This document shows positions 37,763-50,804 of a stretch of DNA of 64,000 nt, piece by piece. The DNA lies in assembly GCA_001949185.1 (NCBI GenBank), contig BDGG01000002.1:1323145-1387144 (forward strand). The letters run 5' to 3'. The notes beneath the pieces are model-generated. The model was not told the origin of the DNA and did no database searches. It was given only the letters and a program-made list of their open reading frames with translations. The position numbers and the translations under genes were made by a program. Every line of letters begins with the position of its first letter. Position 1 is the first letter of the stretch. The DNA is from Ramazzottius varieornatus (lineage: Eukaryota > Animalia > Tardigrada).

Positions 37763-38936
37763 ACGAACTCTGTTTAGGTCTTACTGTTTGGTACTTACCT
37801 CGGAAGTCCTTTAGTTACCGAATTTTGCAATGTAAATTATTGGTTGCATATTTTATTTTGGTTTGCCCGATGATGGTTCTGGCTTGGACAAGGACTCATC
37901 AGCCAAAAAAAGTCCAAAAGTGTTCTTACATTGACTGACAGGGTGTGACTGCCAAATAGCCGTTGTCAGTGTGAACGTACTGCCCATAAGAAGTACTGTA
38001 ATGCTTCTTGAACTTCGCGAATTACGTTGAGCGTGTGCGGTGTGCGTCACCAGATCCGTAAACTTCACGCGCACTGTGACGTCACGTCACTTTGCGAAGT
38101 TTAAGAAGCATTATAGTAAAGCGAGAGCTTCATCGGAATCCCAATCTTAGCCTAGTAATCCGTCTCCTGTCCCCCACTCTCAAAACCGGTAGAGTGAACA
38201 ACTTGGCGAAGGGCCGCAGACTGAATCGGTTGAGAATACTTCGACATGGTGATATAGGTTGGTAAGAACTTCATTATTACAACTAGATAATACATGCGTG
38301 TTTTCGACGCAAGAGCAGCTTCTTGGACAAAGACTTACAGTGTCTTCTGTGGTAAATTCGACTTTTTGTTGATTTTGCCCAGGATGGTAAGATTCTCCTT
38401 CACTATTTGATGCAAGTCTGAGAGGATGAGCAGCACTAGATAACTTCTCGTTTTAGGTTCCCACAGGCGACATTGCGGATATGTACGATGTAACGAACCA
38501 AGCTAGCGTTCTTATCAAGAACGGAAGGATGAACATGGCCCTTGCAGACCAGGGAGGTAGTTTCGAGCTTAAGCAATACTTGCAATACCTGAAACTTCGC
38601 AGTAAACCTCTGTACTCCTGACGTCGGATTTTTCTCGAGTACAGCCGTAAGCACGGTCTGTAGTGCGATGGTGGTGTTGTGATGTATTGAAATTGATGCA
38701 GAGGACACTGTCACTGACCTGTTTGAGTGAGCTTCTACTGACATGTTTGACTGTATTAAAAAATCTGCTGTAGCTAATGCATAGTCACTAAGTGTAATCT
38801 GGCTATACTGTATATTCCTCCTCACAGAACCATACTTCTGTTTGGAGACACAAACCGATTTATCAGTCAAATTGCACAACGTTTGCTGGTTCGCACTGTA
38901 ATATCAAGTTTTCACAAACCGACGGGGCGTATAAAC

Positions 38937-39278
38937 ATGTTGCGAGCGGCAGTGAAAATGATAATGGCCTTTGTTGGATTGTATCGCGTTCCATGTCCGT
39001 CGTCTGTTCACATCAGTATTCTGGCCATGGGGGTCAACAATAAGTGTTCAGCTGGGATACCCTGTTGTCGGGGCTGATTACGATATCGCCCTGAGAGAAG
39101 CTCGCCAGGAATACCCACGAGTTTTTGCCGATCTTTCGATAACGCGGAACTACGTACCCGGAAGCTTCACCTGCCAAGAAGCAGCGGATAACGCTGTGAT
39201 TAGTTTTGGGCACGTTGTGTATTCGCAGACAAAAAACCAGCTTACGGGACAAGAACCTCCGAATCATTCTTGCTCCAG
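38937..39278 (+). pseudogene. Frameshifted first exon of a natriuretic-peptide-receptor/receptor guanylyl cyclase-like gene
   Basis: Signal-like start in one frame, LGYPVVGADYDIALREARQEYP...PGSFTCQEA in a second, RIILAP|gt needing a further shift; no downstream exons recognised. Family call is from recalled motifs. Confidence 0.45.
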
Positions 39279-40798
39279 GTATGCCGTAACGATATCTCAG
39301 TGTTTATTTTCTACTTCAGCGTCCTGGATGTGTGCATAATGTTTTATGTTTGCCAACAACATTCTCTTGCAAGACACGAGAAGCAAAGAACGAGCGCACT
39401 AGCGCCATCGCTCAGCCTGGCAGGGTCAGTTGAGAATAAGCTAATAAATCGCTACACAACGCGATCAACAGGCACCTTCCGCGAAGAAAACCATCTGAAT
39501 TTCCACACTTGACCGTGATTTCAAAAAGCTATCAACTTTCTTTTCTTGCGACTTGGAGATTCTTCGGCGGCCAAAAACACGCAGCCGTTTCGTATCCGCG
39601 CTTCTTTGGCATTTCTTCAGTTCCTTCTTCGGCTTCCTACTTCGGCCCGGTCTAACTTGCGAGGTCTGCCGATGGGTCGTCACTGCATCGCTGAAACTGC
39701 GTCTTCCAAAAACCTACGTAACCCTACATCACTTTTCGGCATAAAGCGTGTATGTCGAACGGCCAATTTCCTCGATACCCAGATAAGTTGTTAGTTCCAA
39801 CATACTATCATACTCCATGTTCTTGAGATGGCCAGCAGCGACAAGGGCGCGATTTGCCCCATATCAGAACTTTCCTTAAAGTCCTATAGAAGTTGAGAAG
39901 TGATGATCTTCGTCCATACATGCATATCGAATACGATGTCAAGAAGATGTTTTCCAGCCTGTCAAGTTACGTTTCCGCATGATTTTGGGGATGGGAGCGA
40001 TCAGTCCCATACTCTCCAGGAATGATTTTGAATGCTCGAGCTATCTGTAGCACAAATAGTGGTAGAAGGGTTGTTACTGAGTGTTTACCATAGTTCAAAA
40101 TCGATCGAAGCGTTGTGATTCAACCTGTAATGCAGAACCAGTTCCTTATCGCCCCGAACCAAAAAGCATATTCAGAAGTCAGCAAGATCTTAGGAGTAGG
40201 CCGCAAAGGCCGACTTAAATTCACGAACGGAAATCTAGTTCCAACAAGCAGCGAATGCTGAGTAGAACGAAATTTCTGATTACGGAAAGACCAACCAAGT
40301 TCAGCACTCAACCTACTGTGCCAGTAGCACTTAGATGGAGTCATTTCAATTTGGTTTCTGCAATTTGCCCTTTGCAACAGTTCTTTTCTTCCCCTAAACA
40401 TTCTTTGAAATTGTCTGCCATTCCGCTACAACCAGCCACCGATAAGAAAGAAACGCTGAATGCCTGGATGCTTCGCGAACAACGCGGAGATGGAGGTGCT
40501 GTCGTTGGTACACGCGCGAAGGGAAAGTTTGGACCAGGCCGTTTCGCTACGGCAGCACGGACAGGTGTATTTTGCTGCATGTAGAAAACAACATAACTGG
40601 CCTTACTGCCGTACGTACGTGATGGGTTTCGGAACGAGCGGCTAGAAGCGTGACGCTTTTACTGGCTTCTTTTGTTCGAACGAGCACACCTTAAACACAT
40701 ACATAAACGCGACTCCAGAAATGAAACCTCCACTCACGGTAAAAATCAGAAACCAACATCGCCACAGCAAACATAGTATCTACCGCACTTTCTTCTAC

Positions 40799-41215
40799 TC
40801 AACACGTGTCTTTGGTGGAGCTGGTACCAGCGCACCCAGATCGGCAGGGACCAGAAGGCAGGCGGAAGGGTTCCACAGGTGGGTGCTCTTTCCTCTTGCG
40901 ACTCTTCTTAGGCTTCGACTTCGGTTCAATGGTGGAAGGGATATCCGCATCGGAAACGCTGACAGCTGGCGAAGGTCCGTGAGCTGTCTTTTTTTTCTTC
41001 CCTCCAAGACTCGGGTTGATACGATGAAAAGACTTGTAAGCCGTCCATTTCGACTTCATGGTTCCAAGTGGGCAGCTGTCTAACGGCAATAGCTTGTCCG
41101 TCTGACCGGAAGGCAAGCATATGAGGCAGGTATCTTTACCGGACTCGATGCAAAGCTTGAAGAGCTGTGTGTTGGTGATGTGACTATAGTGACCATCCAT
41201 AAATATGACACACAA
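40799..41215 (-). mobile_element. pogo/Tigger (DDE_1) transposase remnant
   Basis: VIFMDGHYSH...ICLPSGQTDKLLPLD...GTMKSKW resembles the DDE_1 motifs DGHxSH / LPxxxTxxLQPLD; flanking sequence is broken by stops. Confidence 0.7.
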
Positions 41216-41999
41216 TCGAATGTCTTACTGGACAGAACTTCTGCATCATCAGGATCGAGAGGAATATACCCCACAACATGCTGTCTGGTCACCGCAACAT
41301 CTGATAATCTTGAAGGCATCGTGAAAATTTACTATAAAAATTTTCGATGGTCACGAGAGTGAAATCAGCGAGTTACCTTTCATGGCGACAGTGGGCTTCG
41401 GCGGACAGGATTTTCGTCCGAAGTTCAGCGGTGTGTTGTCGCGATCACCTGTTTGATAACAGGAAGTATTGTCACGTAAGCATCACAGAGGTCGGGAATG
41501 CCGACAAAAGCGCACCAATCAGTTTTTTCAATCAAGGGTGGCAGCGTCTCCCAGAAAACAAATATTTATATTTCCTTACGTTTCACTGGTGAGCCGGTGA
41601 ATGGATTGAAAAGCCAGCATCTGCTTTTTACACTGGGCAACGCGGCTTCCGAGTATACTCCCTATCCGAAGTCTGAGCCAACTGAAGCTGTGGGGGCGCC
41701 GACCGTTCTGTTTGTTCCACTTCCGCCGACTCGCTAACCCAAGCTTCATCTTCGTCGGCGTGTTGTCCATCAGCAGTTCACAGACCAGCTCCGATAAGAA
41801 ATCTCGCTCATTCTGAATTTTGGAAGGTGACAACGGACCGGAAGGCTTCTTTGGAGCGATTTTCTGAAAACTCTTCGATGAGAAACAGCAGAGAGAGCCG
41901 TAAAATATAGGGAGCATTTACCATCGCTTTCCTGGCTTGCTCGTTCAGCGTTTTCTGTAGACCTTCAGTTTTGCTCGCAGTGATAATAATAACCGCTTT

Positions 42000-43252
42000 A
42001 CTCGTGTTTGGATCGCCAGCAGATGCTCAGCCTTAGACACAAGTTGAAAAATTTGGCAAGAGAGCCATCAGAGAAAGGATCCAAAATAATACAAAAACAA
42101 TCACAACAAGCAACTATCTACGTTCTGACTACACCACGAGAATTTTTGGAAGTCTAAGCGATCGAGATAGGACTTGAAAACAGCGAGACTTTGACAGTTT
42201 GCCGGAGATGGGCGGAAATTCTTATCGTTGATCAAGGCAGAAGCTACGTACGCGAAGGTATCAGAAGTAACATTCAGAGTATCTTTTTCTTTAATTCTTG
42301 TAGCCGGCTGGGCCCATACTTTGCCTTCCGGAACTCCTGTGCAGGTCTGGCTCCTCGTGTTTGCTCGAGTTGGTGGTTGCTGCACAGGCCTGGATACGTT
42401 CAGCAGGAGCCGCCCATCGGGGAACCCATTTGTCCATATCTTGAAACCGTTTACCAACACGGCCTTGACCCGTCTTGTCCACAGGTGGTCCCATTTGACT
42501 TCTGCCAGGTGCTGTCTGTACTGGCTGAAGTCTCCATCATGCTGTCCTTTGGGTATCTTGCTCAGCCGGATGCTCTTGAGAAAATCTTTTTGGACTTGCT
42601 CCAGCTGTCTTTGGTGCTTGTGGTTCGTGGGGTTCCACACTGAGCAGGCGTATTCGGCAACAGGACGAACTAGGCTAATGTACAGCAGTTGCCTTGCCGC
42701 GCCAAGCTGCAGGGGAAAGTACGACCGGATGGCGTGGAGCCGCTTCCGGCACTTCGCTGTCACTGCGTCGATCTGCGCCGTCCAGTTCAGCTTCCGGTCG
42801 AGTACGACCCCCAAGCACGTCGTTTGGCTCTTTGTCGGGATCTTCTGATCGCTGATGGAGTAGTTACCCTGAGGGACAGGGACACTCCCGGATCTCTTGA
42901 ATGATATGCGGACATGCTGCGACTTGCTTGGGTTTAGGCTCAGCCCAGCTTCTTCGCAGTTCTCACCCAACTGGTCCAGACTTTCTTGAAAGGCTCGGCA
43001 GTCTTCGGGCTTGCTGATCACTTGATGGGCTACCAGGTCGTCAGCATACTGGTAGAGCTCGCACCTGACCGACACGGAGAGCTTGTTCACCGCAACAATG
43101 AAGAGCAGTGGGCCCAGAACGGAACCTTGGGGAACGCCTGACCGGACTTCACTGTACTCACTGTAGTAGCCTCCAACCATTACTCTTTGAGTCCTGCCTC
43201 GCAGGTAGTCGGCCATTAGGTCCAGCAGGTCGCCGGTGATACCACGACCTTG
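42000..43252 (-). mobile_element. 5'-truncated non-LTR retrotransposon (CR1/L2/Jockey-like RT C-terminal half)
   Basis: GITGDLL..DYLRGRTQRV, SGVPQGSVLGPLLF, YADD, CLGVVLDRKLNW, LYISLVRPVAEYACSVWNP; ORF 42101-43216. Confidence 0.92.
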
Positions 43253-43596
43253 GCTTTGGAAGACTGCTGCTTTGCGTCCATCTTTCTCGAGTGACGAACG
43301 ACTATCTGGTCACCCGTAGCTAGGGACTCGCCGTAGGAAACGCCGTCGTCCACATCCCATTTCTTCGTTGTCGTGATAGCTTTCATATCCAGTGTCAAAG
43401 CCATCTTGTCCGGAAACTGAACCACGATGAAGTCTGACAAGACAATAGGTAGAATACAGGGTATACCCCTCAACTCATAATTCTCCAAAACGCAACTGGA
43501 CAAGACGAACGAATCTTTTTTGTGGATGTTCTCTAGTCGACTCTTCTCTGGGTTTTCGACTTCTTCCACAACGCTCTTCCGCTTTCGAGTTCGCAT
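43253..43596 (-). pseudogene. 5' part of an uncharacterised host gene apparently interrupted by the LINE
   Basis: Acceptor ctttcag precedes ATG 43596; frame MRTRKRK...SSKA runs into the LINE; a compatible frame resumes near 41994 and ends at a gtaaat donor. Confidence 0.35.
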
Positions 43597-44099
43597 TGTT
43601 GGACCTGAAAGTACAAATGGTTTCAGGGATGATTGAACGTCCAGTCACTCACCGGAAGTCCTTACATCAGACGGCTTCGCCTGCTTTTTCTCGCCTCCCT
43701 CGGACTTTTTGCCTCTGGAAGATCCCGATTTTGCCATACCTGCAATACGGAACACAGGGAACTTCGTCAAGGTGCAGCCTCACCTCTAACTGTGATCAGG
43801 ATCGGCTCTGAAATTACTCCGGAATAATCGCGAAAAAAATACAAGACTAAAATTGTCAAGTACGAAGTATCACTACCGCTAACGGCTTACAAGGGGTACT
43901 CCTCAGGATTATCCGGACCGGGAAAAGCAGAACGTGTGACAGAGCAGGGTAAGAATTTCCCGAACACCACATGTGTTTGGCTCCAAAAACCAGGTTCTTG
44001 GTCAGAAAAATTTACCAGCTAGGGAAAATTTCGGCGAAAGCAAATTATTGGTTGAAATTTGGTATCCAGCCTACTGACTACAACCATGTGTGCGCTTAC

Positions 44100-47000
44100 A
44101 CGTCCTACAGATGTACCAGCAGCTTCAGATTAGGGCAAACGGTATTTCCCTCACATTTTTTATAGACGACGGCCAAACATTCGGTATTCACGGGAGCAAG
44201 AACGGCTCTACCACAATTCTCTCGTACATTATCAATGAACTGCCATCTAGAAGAAGATACCGACACCGTTTTCTCTTCGGAATAGCAGTGGGAACTACCC
44301 AACCCTCCATACAGATAATGCTGGACCTTTTTTTCGAAAGATGTAGAAGAACTGGAAAACATTGAGTCGATTTTTTCATTCTGAGGGGTGAACCCCAAAA
44401 CTCCTGTCGCCGCCCCTTTGCTGAACCGTGATGCAGTAGCAAGGTGGGATGCTTTGGGACACCTGACTTTCCTAGCAGAGCAAGGGTGTACTACGTGTCT
44501 CCATGCTGGCATTCTATGGAACAGAAGTAGAAGGTATCCAGCGGGAACAAGATTTGTCCTCCGTGACAGACGCACCGTTATCAAGTGCGCTAAAAAGGCG
44601 GCGTTCACAGGTATACCCCACAAAGGAATTCAAAGCGCGTCCAGGCTGCTTCGAATAAAACATTTCTGCCCTGTGCGGGGTGCAGGACACGACTACAGGC
44701 ACAGCACTGCCCTCGGGCAGTTCAAAACTGGCCTCTTGAGAAACTGGATAGAGCTGAAGAAAGCAGAATTCCCGTTTTTCCCAGACGTCACCAATAAGAA
44801 CGCTTGCATACTTGGCACGCGAGAGAAGCTCATCGTAGACCAGCGTGTCCTGCTATTACGCTTTCCTTCCTACTTCAAAAGAACATTGCTGCCGTAAACC
44901 CGTATCTCTGAGAGTCGCGCATCAGAGCACCTTAACTTTCTACTGTACGGGATGTTCTTTGGGCTTGAAGACGTCCTGCCTCAACCGCTTCGCGACAACG
45001 CCATGCTTTTGTTACTCGCAACCCATCTGTTATTGACGGATATCAAGGTAGCAATTAATCTTGAGCAATTTTTTCCAGAAAGTTTGTGGGGTATACCCCA
45101 GTGTACGAAGGGTAAACGACATTGATATTGGGGAAATGAGCCGTTGGGCACCTTCAAATCAACAAATGAAACAAATCAAACAGTTTCATTCGGGCTGTTT
45201 TCAGAAACGCAGCGTATGCCATCCGTACCGCTGCCTATCAATAGCTGAAGAAAGCTGGGTAATCTTTTTAGTTAGTCGGAACAACGTTCAAGAACAACTG
45301 CGAGAACGCAAAGCTGCTCATGGAGCAACACAGCAAAACCTATCAGGCGATCTATGGTTTGTTTCGCATGCTGTATAAAACGCATCAGGGAAGACACCAG
45401 GCGCGTAACGTCGAAGACTGGGGCCCGATGTACCACCTGGGGTGCTTTCACTTCGAAGATTTTCTTGGCAGAGAAATGCGATCTGTTAAGGGGTCTGCGA
45501 AAAAAAACGTGCGCCACTTGAAAGTGCGATCTGCCCAAGTTTGTCCGACTACGTCCGATATGCGGAGAAAAGAAAATAACATGACTCACATCGTGAACCA
45601 TCACTAGGTGAATGTCAAAATCACCATAATGAACCATGGCGAAAGTTCGAGGACAAAGTCAGCAGGGACATGCAGCTGGCCAAGGCAGCATTCCACTCAC
45701 TAAATTACTAGAACGAATAACAAAGTTATATCGATAATCTAGTTGCCGGAGTACACTCCTGAGAAGCTGGATATTCGATTACCGTTCCATCTCAACATCC
45801 ACCGTCTTGCGGATGCTTTCCACAACATCACGCTCGCTCCACAGTCGTCCTCCCGCACCCAAACTGGCCAGCTTAGCATCCAGAAACGGAAGTCCAACCG
45901 CCAACAGCACTTCTCGTACGACCTGCAGAACTGAAACTTTCTTTAAAGATAAGATATTTGTTACCAACACCAAATCTGCGTTTGAAAAATCAGCTGTAAT
46001 TTGATTCATAAAACTTTTATTAGGTTTTACTACCTCGAGGTTTTCCTTTCCTTGAAGGAGGAAAGATTTCATAAAGGCGTTAACATAATCCTGAATATTC
46101 CGCTCGTCACCCAATTTTTCCATGGAAGACGTCTCCACGTACTTCGTGGGTAGAAGATGAAGCGGTTTAGTGGCTTTGACAGAGAGACAGAATGCGGCAA
46201 CAACTCCGGAATACACTCCATATTTTGCCAGAAACTCGGTGATGCTCTGAATCTGACTGACTTCCCAAGCTTCGTCCACCATCAGGCTGTGGAAAGTCTC
46301 ACCAAGGACTGTTGCAGAAATTTCCCTGATAATCACATTAGACATGACCGTCAGCCAATAAACCATACACAAGAGCTGGGCAATCAAAACGTCCGAGATT
46401 GTCGTCCTGAGTCGCGCATCTCTGCAGCCAATAACCATGAAAACATGCGCCATTTGGTATGGTGATCGTGACATTTCGATCGCTCGGCTTCCATACTAGA
46501 AAGGCAAACGAGTACACTAGTTTTGACTTACTCGGTTGTCTTCCACACCAGTCTGTCGAGGCAGCTCAGGATAAACATGTACTTGAGGTCCATCCCGGGA
46601 AGGTCGCGTTCAGATCGGATGCCAGCCGATATTCCCAGAACTGCAGGGAGCTCTCGGACGAACAAGGAACTCCACGTGTTACATCGTACACGCAGGATGT
46701 GCCGGCCAGTCATCTCGGTTCCCGCGTCGACGCTTGTAACCAACTCGATATTACTGGAGCCATCTTCGGTTGCCGCACCAATATACTGGGGTGTACCCCG
46801 CACCTAATACTTGAGTCGACGACCGAGTCGCATGATCTCGGCTTCCTGAAGGTGGCTGATCTCCACATCCTTCACCGCAGGCTCCCGCTGAGTAGCTTGA
46901 AGTCCCCTTCGAAGATCACGGTGGCGGATGACCAACTGATTGGATGCCAGCGAGACAGCACACAAACTTTCGTACACGTCGGCACCCAGAGGAACGCACT

Positions 47001-47520
47001 CTCCGACCGTGATCGTCTTCCCAAAAATAAATACAACCGGGTGTCACCCCTCACAGGTGGGATTTGAAAGACGTTATTTTCGGAGTTGGGCAAACGAAAC
47101 ACACAAGATCGCTATTTCAACTGGCGCACGTTTTCATGGTTATTGACAGCAAAGGTGCGCCACTTAGGATAATAGTCCTGCGCGTTCTGTTTGCTGAGCT
47201 CCTATTTCGTTCGTCACAAAACTTTCTCCCCAAGGGAGGTCATACCGATCAACTTTTCCAAACTTACTCGCAGTGAAAGCACTTTGCGGCATACTCTGGG
47301 TGTTTGCCCTTTCCCGGCAATAACAGGACCAACTTAAGACATCCACGGTGGAAGGGCTTTCCGCAGCCTTCGAACCTTTCACCTCCCACGCCAAATGAAC
47401 GTTATGGACGACCATCTCAGCGTCTCGTCCTTCCCAGCTGTCATTCTTGACATCACGACAGAACAAGCAAATAAGTTCCTTGTTGTTATTCTGTGAAACG
47501 CAAGAACTGTGCACAGTAAC
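44100..47520 (-). pseudogene. Degenerate multi-exon RhoGAP + PH-domain gene (ARAP/centaurin-delta-like)
   Basis: SSLFVRELPAVL...DLPGMDLKYMFILSCLDRLV|EEISATVLGETF resembles RhoGAP helices (phase-matched splice); MEGWV...KRCRYLLLDGSSLIMYE resembles a PH N-terminus; in-frame stops at 46804, 45272 and 44188. Ends uncertain. Confidence 0.4.
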
Positions 47521-49536
47521 GCATCACAATCCATAATGTGTGTCTTCTATCGTTTCATCCCGAAACATTCAGGTATTAACGTACAGTAATAGTATAAAGC
47601 AGCGTCTCGATCGGTAAACTTTCCATCCTTTTGGCTGTTAGGAGTATACTCCACAATCACCTGCGAAAGAGCAATTTAGTGCACGGGCCTTCTCGGCTAC
47701 TATTTTGAGCAGCGGATAAAAAGTTATCCTGGCTGCTGCGGCAAGATTGTTGCGATCTTCGGAGCAGTTTGCGAGCTCGGTAAGCCAATTCGACAAGATG
47801 GTTTCCCCCAAGTGGCGCATGTTGTCAGTTCTAATGGCCGGAAGCGTGCGCCGTTTGAAAATCGGTCTTGTCGAATTGTCTGCCGAGCTCCCATTTGAAA
47901 CTTATACCACTCTTTTTCCTCTGCCAAGCGGGTAGGAAATGTTACCCAAGCTTACCTGAGCACCAAACATGCTCATCAATCCCGCGAGGCCTCCCTTGGA
48001 TCCAATATTGCTATCAGCTTCAATGGCGCGATTGTTGTCGAAGGTGGAAGGAGACGCGTTGTTGTGCTTCTTCTGCTTGAGCAGCCCAGCTCCGGCACGG
48101 CGGCACCCACTGCTCTTCCGACGATAAGTGATTGGAGCAATAGTCTCACGTCTTCTACTGTGAGACTAGTATAAATCTAACCCTAAAGAAAGCAGCGAAA
48201 CGGTTTACCAAGCAAGATTCTTGACAAAGCGTAAACGAGGATTCTTGTCGGTATTCCTCACCTCTTTTCGTCGAAAAGATGCCCAGTTCAGGATAGTTCG
48301 GCTTGGGTCCTTTTCCGAATGCAGCTTTAGACGCAGCTCACCTTCGATATCGAAGCAAGTTCGTCGCAGGTGCTTCGCACTGGAACATCTATCACCGTCG
48401 GCGAGAAAGTCGAAGAGGGATCAGAAATGCGAGAAGCAAACATAAAGTCCGTAAATTCAGGTAGATGAACGTTACGGCCGATCACAGCCGTTTGAATGTG
48501 ATGTTGTTGGCTGGCCGTACGATTGGCCTGGCTCTGACTTGGAAATTTTACTTTTTCTTCTCGTACTGCATCATGCAAAGCGCAGTTACTTGATTGAGCT
48601 CTTGAATGGCTGCTTTCTCTTCCCCGGGAAAGGCTATTTCGCGCGGATGCCACAGGGTATGTTTTGCACCACGTCACAGCGATACGGAAGTCGCTGTCAA
48701 AATTTTTGTAATTAGGGTGTATACGACACGTCCCGGTTTAGGAGAGCAGTCGGTAAACGCGTTTTATTTGGGATAAATTTTTCAAATAAGAACTCTTACT
48801 TTTCATGTTCTACGAGAGTTGGTGATGTTTCCCAGTTCGTCCCAGACTAACCGTTTAGCAAGTCTAACCGTTGAGTGATCAAAGAAACGTCCAACTAGTG
48901 TATCGCGTATATAGCGCGCCCTTTGTAGTGTGGTCGGTGAACTGGAACGCGATTCGGTGTTCCCAGATCCAAAGCCCATCGGCATTGTGCCTAATGAATA
49001 CCCGTCGTCCAATTTTATATGGATGGATGGTTGCAGAAGCAATCGGAATATGACGACTGTTCGGTGTGGCTTTGGTTCTCTGGGCTGGTGTAAATGAGTA
49101 GAAGGCAGATGACGTGCTGAAAAGATGCCGAGGAACAGGTTTTTAAGGCTGCGAGACCTAAGGAGACAAAGGGATATAATGGAGGGCAGTGACATACCTT
49201 TGAAAGACAAGATGAAAATCCCACTGGCCACAATGTTAAGATAATATTGAAATTTTTTCTGTATTGGTGTGCTCAGTCACTCTATTTGTGGCTTCATGCT
49301 GCTAGTGCCTGCTGAGTCCTCATCACTGGTTATTTCTTCACTCTTCGCTGACTTCGTTGTTTGCCGTTTTAGCTTTCCGTTTAGATTTCACAGCTAAGAC
49401 TTCTCACATACGTCGCAAGATATAGTAACGTTGTGAGGTATGATACTGGTATGAATGGTCGATTTTGCAGTCACGTGTCCGTGTGACGTCATTTGATAAC
49501 GTTACCGTTTACTTGCATTGATTCGCCTTATAAAAT

Positions 49537-49691
49537 ACTGTAGTGCTACCAAATTATCGCGCACTCAACCACGTGAACAGTACATGATGCCCGGGTGAGA
49601 CTCGTTGAGGCTACAATGATTCATCTGGTCGTACTGGGCAACGATGACTCATCACGTGGCTTCGTGCGCGATAATTTGGTAGCACTACAGT
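49537..49691. mobile_element. 155-bp MITE/foldback
   Basis: ACTGTAGTGCTACCAAATTATCGCGCAC has a perfect reverse complement at the other end, with further imperfect pairing inside. Confidence 0.75.
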
Positions 49692-49799
49692 TACGTTTTT
49701 TTTGAGATTCTCAAGATTTTACCCCGACTTATTTATGCGGAATGTTTTTTAAGATTCCCAAGATTTTCCAGTTTATCGGGTCTTACGCTACGCGAAAAA

Positions 49800-50270
49800 A
49801 TGCTTGGAAGGATATTCGCTCGCATCTCCATCCCAGACGATGTTTGGTCAATTGAAGTCAACAGCCAGGACGATTTTACGCCGAAGGAGTGCGGGAATAA
49901 ACTCCCTAGACGACCGAAGCTTCGAGAAGACGTCAGCATCGTAGCTTGGCGCATGGACGACTCCGATCAGCACGTTCAGGCGCAGGCAAATTAGCTTTAT
50001 CCACATCACTTCCAGTCCCTCCACTTCTAGTCTTGTCATTCTGAGAGCTTGAAGGCCTCTCTTTACAGCGATGGCTACTCCACCACCGTTTTCCTTTTGG
50101 CATCCTTCTCAATCTTTCCTAAACAGCATGTAGTGGTCCAAGTCTGCAATCAAGCGTTGACTTGTCTGCCCTAGTCTCCACCAGAGCAACGACATCCGCT
50201 TTCCGTTCCTCCGTCCATTCCTTCCTCCCTCTCCTTGCTGTTAATCTGATGCCGTTGACACTGCCGACAG
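49800..50270 (-). mobile_element. LINE apurinic-endonuclease domain remnant
   Basis: SVNGIR, ENGGGVAIAVK, LEVMWIKL...LIGVVHAP, LAVDFN*PNIVW (GDFN motif, decayed). Confidence 0.75.
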
Positions 50271-50804
50271 GAAGGTCAAGTTCTTTCCGGTTTCACCTGT
50301 AAACTTAAGAGGAGGCGTGGTGCAAAGCGGTTGGTATGGAGCAGTCAATCAATTTGACCGAAAATTCAAAGTAATTGAACATTGTGTCCGTTGGATTCCG
50401 CTCAACTTAGCATGCAGCCTAACATGCTTGTTATTTTATATTGACTCCTTGCATCAATGATGTTCCTCCCTTCCCCCAAGTCATGAAGGTTTTAAAGAAT
50501 TAGATGAGCTAGGATTTCAGAGCGGATATCCGCCGCGGAGGTGGGCTTTGTACGCGTCGTTAAGTTCCCGCAGGTTACTGTATTGGGCAAACAGGTAATT
50601 GAATTGCCGCCCTTAAAGCACGGAAGCTTCATTCAGGCTCGAAGGAATGTACCCAGTGTTCTTAACAGAAATCATCTTCGCTACTTCATTCCAGCTCTGA
50701 ATTATCCACGAATGCATCTGCCGTTAGACTTAAACCCGAATTAAGCTCCGATGTAAATTTCCGGGCTTGGTACTCATGAGCTCAAGCTTCTTTTGGAATC
50801 TGCC

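Noticed and set aside
38436-38879. 147-aa minus-strand ORF and a possible plus-strand exon at ~38457-38601
   Set aside because: No family assignment was possible and no linked exons were identified.
40120-40400. Possible mariner YSPDLAP-like remnant (AYS*DLA...SEY) on the minus strand
   Set aside because: It needs a stop and a frameshift within a few codons, which is too weak to call.
42191-42904. Long plus-strand ORFs over the LINE
   Set aside because: Antisense shadows of the RT frame.
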